Below, one piece after another: positions 1 to 10,400 of a DNA stretch of 64,000 bases. The position numbers were made by a program, and so were the translations under genes. This DNA is from an uncultured delta proteobacterium (lineage in GTDB: Bacteria > Desulfobacterota > Binatia > HRBIN30 > BPIQ01), in assembly GCA_963761335.1 (NCBI GenBank), contig CAVXGR010000021.1:64001-128000 (forward strand), read 5' to 3'. The stretch's first letter is position 1; every line of letters starts with the position of its first letter. The notes beneath the pieces were generated by a model. It saw only the letters and a program-made list of their open reading frames with translations. It ran no database searches and was not told the DNA's origin.

Positions 1-595
1 CGCTGGCGTCGCCGCGGTGAACCTGTGCTCGCTCGGCGGTCTCGAGCGGGAGCTGTTCACCTACGAGGGCTCGGGTACTCTCTTCACCCTGGAGGACTAT
101 TGCCGGGTCGCGCCCCTCGGCATCGACGACTTCGAGGAGGTCGAACGGCTCATCGAGCGCGGCCAGCGCGAAGGCTTTCTCAAGACGCGCAGTGTCGAGG
201 AGATCGCCCAGATCGTCCTCTGTGGCTACGGCGCCACCATCGGCAGTCATCACCTTGCCGGAATCTGCGCCCTGCACACCGAGCCGTATCGCCGCGAGCG
301 CGCCGGCGAGGTCGTGTCGCTGTACACCATCACCCGGTTCAAGGGAGAGTTCGTCGGCCGCAAGCTGCTGGCCAGCGTCGAGGCGGAAGCCCGGCAGCGG
401 CAGCTCGCCTACCTCTTCGCGGTCACCACCGAGGTGCGGGCCCAGAGCTTCTTCCAGCGCTGTGGATTTGCCCACGTCTCTCCCGCCGACGTGCCGGCGG
501 CGAAGTGGGCCCACTACGACAGCGGTCGCATGCAGCAGGTCGCCGTCTATCGGATGGATCTGGTGCCCGCCCCGGCGCGGAGGCTCCGTCCGTGA
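1..595 (+). CDS. argA: Amino-acid N-acetyltransferase (ArgA-like), C-terminal part with GNAT domain; 5' end lies outside the window
   Basis: The frame is open from the window edge. ELFTYEGSGTLFT matches the ArgA ELFT..GxGT linker, and it is followed by a GNAT fold (…GRKLL…LFAVTT…FFQRCGF). Confidence 0.65.
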   Translation, partial: AGVAAVNLCSLGGLERELFTYEGSGTLFTLEDYCRVAPLGIDDFEEVERLIERGQREGFLKTRSVEEIAQIVLCGYGATIGSHHLAGICALHTEPYRRERAGEVVSLYTITRFKGEFVGRKLLASVEAEARQRQLAYLFAVTTEVRAQSFFQRCGFAHVSPADVPAAKWAHYDSGRMQQVAVYRMDLVPAPARRLRP

Positions 596-1437
596 TCGTC
601 GGCATCGACATCGGCGGCTCGACCACCGATGCCGTCCTGCTGGACGAGCAGATTCAGGTGGTCAGCGTCGAGGCCAACGACCCGGTCGCCTCCGCCTCCG
701 GCGCTCTGGGCTCGCTGCTCGCCCGCTACGGGCGCCGTCTCGGCGACATCACCGCGATTGCTGTCACCGGCGGCGGCGCGCGCCATGTGGGCGAGGATCT
801 CCTGGGAGTGCCGGTCACCGCTGTCCCCGAGATCACCGCCATCGGCGTCGGCGGCACCTCGCTCGCCGAGATGGCCGACGCGCTGGTGGTCTCCATGGGC
901 ACGGGCACCGCTCTGGTCTCGGTGAAGGGGGAGCACATCGCCCACGTCGGCGGCACCGGCGTCGGCGGCGGGACTCTCCTGGGACTCTCCAAGCACCTCT
1001 TGAACGTCTCGCGGCTGGAAACGCTCGAGAACCTCGCCCGCCGCGGCGATCTGTCGCATGTCGATCTCACCATCGAGGACATCGCCGGCGGACCGGTGGG
1101 CAATCTGCCCGCTGGCGCGACCGCCAGCAACTTCGGCAAGCTCACCGCGGATGCCAGCCCGGAGGACAAGGCCCGCGCCCTGGTGAACATGATCGCCGAG
1201 GTGATCGTCGTGGTCAGCGTCATGGCGGCGCGCGCCAACGATCACGCCGCCGTGGTCCTCACCGGTAAGCTGGTGCGCGTCGCCCCGGTGATCGAGCGCA
1301 TCCAGTCGACACGCGCCCTCTTCGAGCGCGGCTTCGTCATCCCGCGCCTCGCCGAGTTCGCCACCGCCATCGGCGCGGCGAGAAGTCTGGAGAGGGCGAC
1401 GGGACGGACGCCTCCGCCCCTCAGCCCTCGGGCGTGA
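592..1437 (+). CDS. Type II (Fumble-family) pantothenate kinase-like ASKHA protein
   Basis: The GTG start overlaps the upstream stop (GTGA). Motifs: GIDIGGSTT, AVTGGGA, VSMGTGT, GGTGVGGGTLLGL, DLTIEDI, ASNFGK, AIGAA. Confidence 0.75.
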   Translation: MIVGIDIGGSTTDAVLLDEQIQVVSVEANDPVASASGALGSLLARYGRRLGDITAIAVTGGGARHVGEDLLGVPVTAVPEITAIGVGGTSLAEMADALVVSMGTGTALVSVKGEHIAHVGGTGVGGGTLLGLSKHLLNVSRLETLENLARRGDLSHVDLTIEDIAGGPVGNLPAGATASNFGKLTADASPEDKARALVNMIAEVIVVVSVMAARANDHAAVVLTGKLVRVAPVIERIQSTRALFERGFVIPRLAEFATAIGAARSLERATGRTPPPLSPRA

Positions 1438-2194
1438 CGTAGGCGCTGCAGGTGCCGCCGTCGACCAGGAAGGTCGTGCCGTTCACGTAGGAGGATTCGT
1501 CGGAGGCGAGAAACAGGGCGGCGTCGGCGATCTCCTCGGCTTCGGCGAGGCGCCCCATCGGCAGGTGGACCAGACGCCGGGCGCGCGCCGCCGGGTCGGC
1601 GAGCAGGGACTGCAGCAGCGGTGTATTCACCGGACCGGGACAGAGGGCGTTGGCGCGAATGCCCTGGCGGGCGAACTCGACGGCGATCTCGCGGGTGAGC
1701 GCCAGCACCGCTCCTTTGGACGCCGTGTAGGCGCTCTGCGAGGTCGCGGCGCCGATCACCGCGACGAACGAGGCGGTGTTGATGATCGACCCGCCGCCGG
1801 CGCGCAGCAGTGCCGGGATGCCGTGCTTGCACCCGAGAAAGACGCCCTTCAGATTCACCGCGACGACGCGGTCGAAGACCTCCTCCGCGGTGCTCACCAC
1901 CGAGCCATCCTCGTCGGGAAAGATCCCGGCGTTGTTGAAGAGCACGTGCAGAGCCCCGAACTGCTTCTCGGCGAACTCGATCATCCCCGCGACCTCGGCG
2001 CCCCGGGTCACGTCGGCGCGGTAGAAGGCGGCGGCGCTGCCCAGGGCCTCGGCGGTCTGGCGACCGGACTTCTCGTCGGCATCGACGACGACGACGCGGG
2101 CGCCGGCGTCGGCAAACTTGCGCGCTGCGGCGCGGCCGATACCGCCGCCGGCGCCGGTGATCAGGGCGACTTTGTTGGCCAGACGTTGGGACAT
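1421..2194 (-). CDS. Short-chain dehydrogenase/reductase
   Basis: TGAGGGIG, NNAG and YTASK motifs; 257 aa; GGAG RBS upstream. Confidence 0.9.
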   Translation of the reverse strand: MSQRLANKVALITGAGGGIGRAAARKFADAGARVVVVDADEKSGRQTAEALGSAAAFYRADVTRGAEVAGMIEFAEKQFGALHVLFNNAGIFPDEDGSVVSTAEEVFDRVVAVNLKGVFLGCKHGIPALLRAGGGSIINTASFVAVIGAATSQSAYTASKGAVLALTREIAVEFARQGIRANALCPGPVNTPLLQSLLADPAARARRLVHLPMGRLAEAEEIADAALFLASDESSYVNGTTFLVDGGTCSAYVTPEG

Positions 2195-2217
2195 GGAGGC
2201 TCTCCTTTCGAAGCAAA

Positions 2218-2267
2218 GTAGAAGCGCCGTCCCGGCGCTTTCCGAAGCGGCGAGGCGCCGCTTCTAC
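2218..2267. repeat. GTAG-type REP double hairpin, family A, copy 1
   Basis: GTAGAAGCGCCGTCCCGGCGCTTTCCGAAGCGGCGAGGCGCCGCTTCTAC, near-identical to 7379-7428 and 59649-59698. Confidence 0.85.
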
Positions 2268-2285
2268 GCGAACCCGACCGGCACC

Positions 2286-3002
2286 TCATCGCGAGCCGCG
2301 CTGTCGCGCCGCCTCGACCAGCGCCGCGAACAAGTGGCTCGACGTCTCCTCGCCGAGCTGCATCTCGGGATGCCATTGCACCCCGAAGCACCACGGGTGG
2401 CGGCGATGCTCGACCGCCTCGATGACTCCGTCGGCGGCCCACGCCACCGGCTCGAGGTCGCGGCCGACGCGATCGATCGCCTGGTGATGCCACGAGCAGG
2501 TCTCGATCGCCGTGGCGCCGAGGATGCGCGCCAGCCGGCTCTGCGGCTGCAGCGACACCGGATGTGTGGTCGGCCGCCGGGGCGGAAGCCGGTGAACGAC
2601 CTGATCGCCGAAACGGTCGGGGATGTGCACGTGCAGGGAGCCGCCGCAGGCGACATTCAGCACCTGGGCGCCCCGGCAGATGCAGAGCAGGGGCATATCC
2701 GCTCGGGCCAGAGCTGCCCTTGCCAGCGCGAACTCGAAGGCGTCGCGTTCCTCGGACACCAGGTAGACGGTCTCGTGCGGCACGCCGCCGTAGGCCTCCG
2801 GAGAGACGTCGCCGCCGCCGGCGAGGATGACGGCGTCGACCACCTCCAGCAGGCGCTCGGGTGCGACCTCGCCGGGCGGCAGCACCAGGGGAATGCCGCC
2901 GGCGGCGCGCACCGCGTCCACGTAGCTGCAGGGCAGGGCGAACTGCGCCGGCTGCCCGTCGCGCGCATAGGAGGAGACGCCGACAAAGACGGGAGCGGAC
3001 AT
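2286..3002 (-). CDS. Gamma-glutamyl-gamma-aminobutyrate hydrolase family (peptidase C26, PuuD-like)
   Basis: Start MSAPVFVGVS at 3002. Motifs: GGGDV.P..YG, ICRGAQVLNV, HHQAI, GVQWHPE. Confidence 0.85.
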   Translation of the reverse strand: MSAPVFVGVSSYARDGQPAQFALPCSYVDAVRAAGGIPLVLPPGEVAPERLLEVVDAVILAGGGDVSPEAYGGVPHETVYLVSEERDAFEFALARAALARADMPLLCICRGAQVLNVACGGSLHVHIPDRFGDQVVHRLPPRRPTTHPVSLQPQSRLARILGATAIETCSWHHQAIDRVGRDLEPVAWAADGVIEAVEHRRHPWCFGVQWHPEMQLGEETSSHLFAALVEAARQRGSR

Positions 3003-3046
3003 GCAGCGACTCGATGAACGGATGCTTCGAGGACGGCCTTCTGCTC

Positions 3047-4441
3047 TCAGGCGCGCTCGAGGAAACGCCGGCGCTCCCACGAGGTGACCACCTCGTCGAA
3101 CTTGCGCTGCTCGGTGCGCGCGAAGTGCAGCAGGTGCTCGACCACATCTTCGCCGAAGGCGCGGCGGAAGAGCTCGGCGGCCTCGAACTCGGCAATCGCT
3201 TCCGGGAGGCTGGTGGGCACCGTCGGCAACCCCTGGGCGGCGTAGACGTCGCCGCGGAACATCGGCGGTGGCTCGATCTTGTTCTCCAGCCCGTCCAGGC
3301 CCGCGGCCAGAGTCGCGGCGAAGGCCAGGTAGGGATTGGCGTCGGCGCCGGGAATGCGGCACTCGACGCGCTGCCCGGCGCCGCGGCCGACGATGCGAAA
3401 GCCGGCGGTGCGGTTGTCGAAGGACCAGGCGATCCCCGTCGGCGCGAAGGAGCCGGCGCGGAAGCGCTTGTAGGAGTTGACGTAGGGCGCGAACAGCAGC
3501 GTCGAGGCGCGCGCGTGCTTCATCAGGCCGCCGAGCCACCAGCGAAAGGTGTCGGGGAGCGGCGCTCCCTCGGCGGCCTCCGCCGGTGCCGCGAACAGCG
3601 AGCGGGCGCCGTCCGGCGACCACAGGCTCGAGTGCAGGTGCATGGAGCTGCCGGCGTGGCGCTCGTCGAGCTTGGCCATGAAGGTCACCGCCAGCCCTTG
3701 CTGAATGGCCACTTCCTTGGTGAGCTGCTTGTAGATCACGTGCCGATCGGCCATCTCCAGAAAGTCGGTGTAGCGCACGTTGATCTCGTGCTGCCCTGGT
3801 CCCCACTCGCCCTTGGAGAACTCCACCGGCACACCCGAGGCGTCCAGGTGGTTGCGGATGGCGCCCACCAGCGGCTCCTCCTTGAATCCCTGGAGCGTGT
3901 GGTAGTCCTCGATGTACCAGCCGAAGAGATCCAGGTTGTCGAAGCCCTTGCGCTGCGCCGACTCGTAGGTCTCGCGCAGGATGAAGAACTCGAGCTCGGA
4001 GCCGCACATCGGTCGCAACCCTTTCGCCGCGAAGCGCTCCAGCTGCCGCTTCAGGACGGTGCGCGGCGCCACCTCGACGAGCACGTCGCGCTCGGCGTCG
4101 TAGACGTCGCACAGCACCAGGGCCGTGCGCTCGAGCCAGCTGGCGCGGCGCAGCGTCGACATGTCGGGGACGCAGTGCACGTCGCCGTATCCGTCCGCCC
4201 ACGAGGCGAAGCGATATCCGGGCACCGGATCCATCTCCATGTCGCAGGCGAGGAGATAGTCGCAGCAGTGCATGCCGTGGGCGATGACGTCGTCGCAGAA
4301 GAAATACCCGGTGATGCGCTTGCCGACCAGCCGCCCGTAGAGATCCGGAAAGACGGTCACCACCGTGTCGATCTCGCCGCGCGCCACCAGGTCGCGCAGC
4401 TCCGACTCCTGCATCATGCCCCGCGGGCGCGTCTCCGGCAT
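3047..4441 (-). CDS. Glutamine synthetase-family gamma-glutamyl ligase (PuuA-like)
   Basis: Start MPETRPRG. Motifs: GSELEFF, EWGPGQHEIN, TFMAK, GSSMHLH, NSYKR, DNRT, RVECRIPGADANPY. Adjacent to the C26 hydrolase. Confidence 0.85.
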   Translation of the reverse strand: MPETRPRGMMQESELRDLVARGEIDTVVTVFPDLYGRLVGKRITGYFFCDDVIAHGMHCCDYLLACDMEMDPVPGYRFASWADGYGDVHCVPDMSTLRRASWLERTALVLCDVYDAERDVLVEVAPRTVLKRQLERFAAKGLRPMCGSELEFFILRETYESAQRKGFDNLDLFGWYIEDYHTLQGFKEEPLVGAIRNHLDASGVPVEFSKGEWGPGQHEINVRYTDFLEMADRHVIYKQLTKEVAIQQGLAVTFMAKLDERHAGSSMHLHSSLWSPDGARSLFAAPAEAAEGAPLPDTFRWWLGGLMKHARASTLLFAPYVNSYKRFRAGSFAPTGIAWSFDNRTAGFRIVGRGAGQRVECRIPGADANPYLAFAATLAAGLDGLENKIEPPPMFRGDVYAAQGLPTVPTSLPEAIAEFEAAELFRRAFGEDVVEHLLHFARTEQRKFDEVVTSWERRRFLERA

Positions 4442-4557
4442 GGAGAGGACGTCTAGCACGCGGCGGAAGGAAAGAAGCCGCTGCGCTCCTACGCCCCCGG
4501 CTATCTCCCCTCGATCAACGAGGCCGTGGCGTGCGCCGCCGGCAGGCCGCTCGCCGG

Positions 4558-4947
4558 TCACCACACGCAACCGGGCGCGTGACCCCGGATCGCCCGGTCG
4601 CAGGTGACGATGGGCACCTCGAGACGGCGCGCCTGCACGATGAGCATGCGATCGAACGGGTCGTCATGCGGTATCGGCAGCAGCCCTGCGGCGACGGCAT
4701 CCGCCGGCTCGATGACCACGGTCGAAAAGCCCCAAGTCGCGTGCAGCTCCTCGTACCGGCCCAGGTACTCCTCGACGCCGGCGAGTCGCCCGCGGCGCTT
4801 CTTGATAGCGATCTCCCAGAGACACGCGACCGACACGAGAATGCGGTTGTGCCGATTGCCGATCACGCGCCGCGCGCCGCGGCCGAGCTCGGGGGCATCC
4901 GCCATCCACCAGAGCAGCGCGCAGGTGTCGAGCAGGTAGGCCTTCAT
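4558..4947 (-). CDS. vapC: VapC family PIN-domain toxin
   Basis: LLDTCALLW, WEIAIK and HDDPFDRMLIVQA motifs; start overlaps the antitoxin stop (ATGA). Confidence 0.9.
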   Translation of the reverse strand: MKAYLLDTCALLWWMADAPELGRGARRVIGNRHNRILVSVACLWEIAIKKRRGRLAGVEEYLGRYEELHATWGFSTVVIEPADAVAAGLLPIPHDDPFDRMLIVQARRLEVPIVTCDRAIRGHAPGCVW

Positions 4948-5165
4948 CCCCAGCCGGAATCATCCGCTCCGACGGCTCCAAGGACATCGCCTGAGATCTG
5001 ACCGCGAAAAGCCCCGGGGGCGCGCTCCTTCCCCTCGACCAGCGGAACGAGCCGGGCATACGGCTTGCCGGCCTTCGCGATGATCACCTCTTCTCCCTTG
5101 TGCGCGCGCTCGAGCAATTCGGAAAAATGCGTCTTGGCCTCGTGTACGTTCGCCCGAATGGTCAT
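4944..5165 (-). CDS. Phd/YefM family antitoxin
   Basis: MTIRANVHEAKTHFSELLERAHKGEEVIIAKAGKPYARLVP is the classic Phd pattern. Confidence 0.9.
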   Translation of the reverse strand: MTIRANVHEAKTHFSELLERAHKGEEVIIAKAGKPYARLVPLVEGKERAPGAFRGQISGDVLGAVGADDSGWG

Positions 5166-5260
5166 ATCGCAGGCATAGCCCAGTAAGTGGACTAACTCAA
5201 CGGCGACGCCCCGAAGCCGATGCGAAAAGCGCGGGCGCCGCATGGCATCGCCGCGTCGCG

Positions 5261-7255
5261 TTGAATCGCGACCTCGCGCGCGCTATGCGGCCCTTCGGTA
5301 TGCTGGGGGTTCGAGAGGTAGCGGTGCGAATTGGCGAGCGCCGCTTCGATTTGCTTCTGGCCTCGTCGTTTCTGCTCATGGCGATCCTGCTGGCCGCTCC
5401 CGGCGTCGATCGCTACGGCCTGACCTGGGACGAGCCCACCTACTTTCACTACGCCGGGCTGCAGAGGGAGTGGTGCGGCCAGGTGGCCGCCGGGATTCTC
5501 CATCCGCAGCAGCTCGGATCGCTCTTCTCCCGCCAGAGGATCGCGGAGGTCTGGCTGCAGGACAGGGCTCGCAACGGCCATCCGCCGCTGAACGAGCTCT
5601 GGATGGCATTGGCGGGAGCCCCTTTTCGCTGGGCCGGGGCCGCCGATCTGACCGCCGACCGCGCCAGCATCACGCTGCTCCTGGGGATCACGGCGTTCCT
5701 TCTCTTCCTGCTGCTTCGCTTGAGCCTCTCGCGCCTGGCGTCGGCCGCCGGCGTCCTCTGCTATCTCGGGGTCCCGGCGATCTGGGCGCACGCGCATCTC
5801 GGCGCCACGGAGACGATGCAGTGCCTGTTCTGGGTCCTGCTCGCCGGTCTCCTCCCGTGGACGCTTGGCGGCGAAGAGCGGCGGCTCTGGGTCTGGCTCC
5901 TGGTCTCGGCCCTCGCCTTCATGGCCAAGTTCACCAATCTCCTGATTCCCGTCTGGGTTCTGGGAACCGCCGCGCTGCTCGGTGAGGTGCGCCGCCGCCG
6001 CTTCTGGGTGGCGGTGTTTTCGTCTCTCGTGGCGGCGCCTCTCCTCCTCGTCATTCTCGATCCCTACTTCTGGCCGTGGCAGGGAGGGTGGGGGCGCTTC
6101 GTCGACTATCTCCGGCAGGCGACGAGCCGCTCGAGCTGGATGCCGATCAACGTCTTCTATCTGGGCAGAGGCTGGGGATTCCACGCCCCCTGGCACTACC
6201 GGATTGTGGAGACAGCCGCGGCGCTGCCCTTGCCCTTTCTCGTCCTCATGATTCCCGGCCTCGCGTTTGCCGCGAGGGCGCTGTGGATCGGGCTCGGGAT
6301 CGCCTGGCTCGGCCGGGAGCCGCGGCGAGCTGGCGAAGCAGAGCCTCCTGCCAGCTCGGCCTCTCTGCCGTTCTGGCCGCAGATCCTGGGGCTCACCGGA
6401 TTCGTCTACGCCTTGGTGGTCGGGCTTCTGCCGAGCACGCCGAATCACGATGGGACCAGACAGTTCGTCTATATCTTCGTCCCGGCCGCGATGCTGGCGG
6501 CGACCGGGGCGCACGGCTGCCTGGAGTACGTGAGCCGAGTTGCCCAGGGGGCCTGGCGGCAGTGGACGTTGGGCTTGGCCTCCGCCGCTGTTCTTTTTGC
6601 CGCGGTCGCATCGTTCGCCATCTCGTTGGCGGTCGAGCCCTGGGGGCTCTCCTATCACAGCGAGTGGATCGGCGGGCCTCGCGGAGCCTGGGCGCGGGGA
6701 CTCGAGCTCACCTACTGGATGGAGACCATCAGTCCCAAGATGCTGGATCGGGTGGCGCAGCTCTCCCGCGAGAAAGGGAGGCTGCTCTCGATCCATGTCA
6801 TTCCGAAGGCCGACTACTTCCGGGACGCGGCGCCTTGGGGGCGGGCGCTTCTCTCGCATCCGCAGTCAGAACCCTGGCCGGCGGCGACGGACGACCTCTC
6901 GGCCTTCGCCGATCCCTCCGTGCCCCCCGCAGCGCGCCGGCAGATGGGAGCGTATCTCGACCTCTGCTTCGCGCGACCGCCCGACGCGATTCTCGTCTCG
7001 TACCGCCGGAGCTCGGTGGGCGCCGACTTCTGGGAGCTTCTCGACCTGCTTTCACAGCGCGGAGAGCTGGAGCTCCTCGACGAGACCCGCGTCTGTGGCG
7101 TGCCGCTGGCGCGGCTCTACGGCGTTCCGCACCTGGAGGAGGGGAGCATTCCCGGCGATCCTCAGGATCGCGTCTGGTACCAGATCCCGACCGTCGCCGC
7201 GTTACTCAAGAGGCAGGAGGAAGGGAGGCGCGGGACCGCTGAAGGGCTTCTATAG
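5261..7255 (+). CDS. Polytopic membrane glycosyltransferase (GT-C / PMT-ArnT-like); start uncertain
   Basis: N-terminal TM followed by GLTWDEP.Y, GHPPL and AKFT motifs; many hydrophobic segments; LSYHSEWIGG..GA..GLELTYW. Confidence 0.7.
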   Translation: MNRDLARAMRPFGMLGVREVAVRIGERRFDLLLASSFLLMAILLAAPGVDRYGLTWDEPTYFHYAGLQREWCGQVAAGILHPQQLGSLFSRQRIAEVWLQDRARNGHPPLNELWMALAGAPFRWAGAADLTADRASITLLLGITAFLLFLLLRLSLSRLASAAGVLCYLGVPAIWAHAHLGATETMQCLFWVLLAGLLPWTLGGEERRLWVWLLVSALAFMAKFTNLLIPVWVLGTAALLGEVRRRRFWVAVFSSLVAAPLLLVILDPYFWPWQGGWGRFVDYLRQATSRSSWMPINVFYLGRGWGFHAPWHYRIVETAAALPLPFLVLMIPGLAFAARALWIGLGIAWLGREPRRAGEAEPPASSASLPFWPQILGLTGFVYALVVGLLPSTPNHDGTRQFVYIFVPAAMLAATGAHGCLEYVSRVAQGAWRQWTLGLASAAVLFAAVASFAISLAVEPWGLSYHSEWIGGPRGAWARGLELTYWMETISPKMLDRVAQLSREKGRLLSIHVIPKADYFRDAAPWGRALLSHPQSEPWPAATDDLSAFADPSVPPAARRQMGAYLDLCFARPPDAILVSYRRSSVGADFWELLDLLSQRGELELLDETRVCGVPLARLYGVPHLEEGSIPGDPQDRVWYQIPTVAALLKRQEEGRRGTAEGLL

Positions 7256-7358
7256 AGCCCCCGAGAAACTGAGCTACTCGGGTGGCGCTCGACGGGGGAT
7301 CGGCCGACAGGTCGGCGCTGTTCCGTTTGCGCACCCGTGACGCTAGCCGGGGGTTTCA

Positions 7359-7428
7359 GAGGCTGTCCCAAACCTAGTGTAGAAGCGCCGTCCCGGCGCT
7401 TTCCGAAGCGGCGAGACGGCGCTTCTAC
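7359..7428. mobile_element. Left end of MITE (TIR GAGGCTGTCCCAAA) followed by REP family A copy 2
   Basis: Same TIR-plus-REP arrangement as 59629-59698; no matching right TIR was seen nearby. Confidence 0.7.
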
Positions 7429-10400
7429 TGGGCGCGAGGGAGGGCCTGGTAGTCGGCGTTGAACTCGCCGCGCTGGAAGTATTCCCGGTAGGCGCGCGCG
7501 ACGTTGCTGAGGCCCATGCTGCCGTCCGCCCTCCGTTCGAAGAGCGTGCGGCCGGAGTAGTAGTGGAAGTGCATGTCGAACTGGTCGAACAGGCGGAAGA
7601 AGTCGTTCATCAGAGTCGACTGCGCGAGCTGGTCGTCGGTCGAGCTGTCAAAGCCGCCGAACTCACCGCAGTGCATTGCGGTGCCGTGCTCGATGGCGAA
7701 CTTGAATGCCTCTCGCCACTGGCGGCAGATGTGGCTGATGTCCTCCTCTTCCGTGGGCCAGCGATCGGTAGGCTCGAGGAGCCGGAAATTGTAGTCGTGA
7801 AAGCTGTATGCGGTCAGAGGATCTCCTGTCGGCTCGATGAGCTTGATTTGTTGGATGGCGCCCCAGGCTTCGCAGGGTTCGATGTAGAGCAGGTGCACCG
7901 GGTCGGTGGCGCGGATGCGCGCCGTCAGCGCTTTCATGGCCTCGTTGTAGGCCGCGTGCGGGTGGTCGAACGGCTCGTTGACGAGGTCGTAGGCGACCTC
8001 GAAAAAGGGGCGACCGTGCAGCTGCTGCGCGATGTTCTCCAGGTGCTGGCTCATCTGTTCCATGAACGCCGATGGCGCCACGAATTCGCGGGGTTTGGAG
8101 GGTTCGTCGTTGTTGTTATGTATTGAGACCGCGTCGTTGCAGTAGTCCGCCAGGATCTGAGTGGGTGCGCGGATCGTTCGGAAACTGCGGGTTCGCTCGC
8201 TGCGAAATCGTGCTGAGGGCGATAGCTGTTGCAGCGGTGTGAGCAGCTTACTTCGCGCTGGTTGCGCGCACGCCGGTGTCGGAGGGGCGAACATCCAGGA
8301 GGTGAACCCCGCCAGGCGCGGGAACGGTTCGATTGGATAGGAATAGGTAATGCGATCGCTCTTCAACGCCGATAGGGCGCAGCAGCCGCCGTCCTGGATG
8401 ATCGGTGGGCTGCCGGCGAACTCCAGTCCTCTGAACTGGCGGTCCATGGCGTAGGAGCCGAAGGCGGGCATCGGCGCGATCTCAGAGGTGTCGTGCCCCA
8501 CTCATCTTCGAGCACCAGATAATCGTAAACGATCGTGTGCTCGCGGATCGGTGCTGAAGGCAGCTGGGTGATGCTGAATGGAAAGCAAACGATGCTCCCC
8601 GCTTCGGGTGCGGGTCAGCTCCAGATAATGGACGGGTACGGCCAGCGCCGCTCGTCGCCAGAACGAAACCGCGGCGCGGAACTCTGGGGAGTCTGGAGCC
8701 GGCAGCTGTTCCAGCAGGGCGAACCATGACCACCGCGAATGAGCGCGGCTGAACGCGACGCGAACCACTTTGCCACGTGGCGATGCTCAACGGCTGATGC
8801 TCGAAAACCAGCATGCTGGACGAGCCGCGGGATTCTTTTCCGAGGGGCTGAACCACAAAAGGGCCAGTTCGCCGCGAGCTTCCCGTCGCGCTGCAGATCG
8901 TGCCTGATTGGCCTCGGGGTGCCTGACTGAACCTGTGTGCCATCGGGCAGCAGGAGGCGCTCGGGCCGGGGCGTCTCCGTCCGCCCAGCCTTGAATCTCC
9001 AGCAAGGCGCTGTCGGCGGTCACCACGACTGCCGGAGAAAGCGGTGTCGCCAGAACCTGGCGGTCGGCGCATCATCGGGCTTCTGCGCTCCGAGATCGAG
9101 GCAGTCGAGGCGGACGCTTCCGACGATGCCGGGGCGAGCGCCTCGGGCGGTGACTTTGAACGCGAGCACGTTGTCCGCGCCCGGCATGATCTCGGCACCT
9201 ATTGCGTAGCTTCGAACGCCGGGCTTGGTGCCGGAGCCCACCAGGTGATCGTTGATCCAACCTTGTCGCTGTCGTTGACTGCGAAGCGGAGGGTGATCTC
9301 GTGGCCTTGCCATTCACCAGGGACGTGGATCCGAGTGCGATACCAAGCCGTCCCTCGATACCCCGGAAACGACTGTCCGAGTCCCAGGCCTTGGGGACGG
9401 TAATTTTCGGCCACTGATTCTCAATGTTATAGCCGACGGTCTGGCGCTTTTCGGTTTCGCCCGTATCCGTCGGATCCGTCGCGAATCGCCAATCTCCATC
9501 GGCTTTGATCATTGCGGGTCCGGTGACCGGATTGACACGTAGGCCCCACGCCCCGAGCTGACTGTCCACCAGATCGGGATCCGGCAGCCAGCCGAGCCGG
9601 TCGTAACGGCTTTCGTTCAAGAGGTTCAATGGATGTCCCCAGGCCCGCCTCAGCGCGGCCCGACGCGCGGACAGGCGCTCACCCAACCGCCGCAGCTCGC
9701 CGAGGTCGGTCTGGCGTAACAGCTCTCGCCGCGTCGGTAGAGGGGCAGTGGCCGATGCGTCGATGAGCGGCGCAGCCAAGGTCAGCGCCTTCAACTCGTC
9801 CAGGAGGAGCTGTTTCAGGCTGAGAACTTCGGTCGCGCTCGCGGCGAGCTGGACTTGATGGGCAAGTGCTGACACCTCGTCCGGCGGCGGCGAATCCTGA
9901 TTGCCGAGCAGTCCGTCCACGCGAGTGGAAAGGCTCAGCAGGCGCCGATAGAGCCCGCCCGCTTCCGATATGATCGTTGGATCCGCGTTGGCGGCGCGCC
10001 CCCAGCCGTGGGCGCTCCCTTCATGGATGACGATGCCCTTGTGCGCCAGCAATCCGAGTCGCCACAGCGTATCGTTTGACTGAGACACGGTGCGTGCAGC
10101 CAATGCCTGCGCGGCCAATGCCGGAAAGTCGGCCGTTGAGACAAATGGTTTGCCGATCGCGACCGCTGCGGGGTGAAGGGCGGAAGTCCTTTTCGAGGGC
10201 CACGACTCGAGGGGCCAAGCGGAGGCAGGTGATACCTCGGCCGCGACTTCGCGGGCGACAACCACAGCTGTTGAGGATGGTGGTGGCGAAATCATGACCT
10301 GCCAGTGCTCGTCTGTCTGCAGCCGTTCCGTTCCGCTTTCGTATTGAGCAACGCCGTCGAGCGCGAAACCGGCTCGAGGCGCGCTCACCACGAGAACGTG

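Noticed and set aside
2286..4202. 638-aa C26 hydrolase
   Set aside because: The N-terminal part is an off-frame reading of the GS-like gene.
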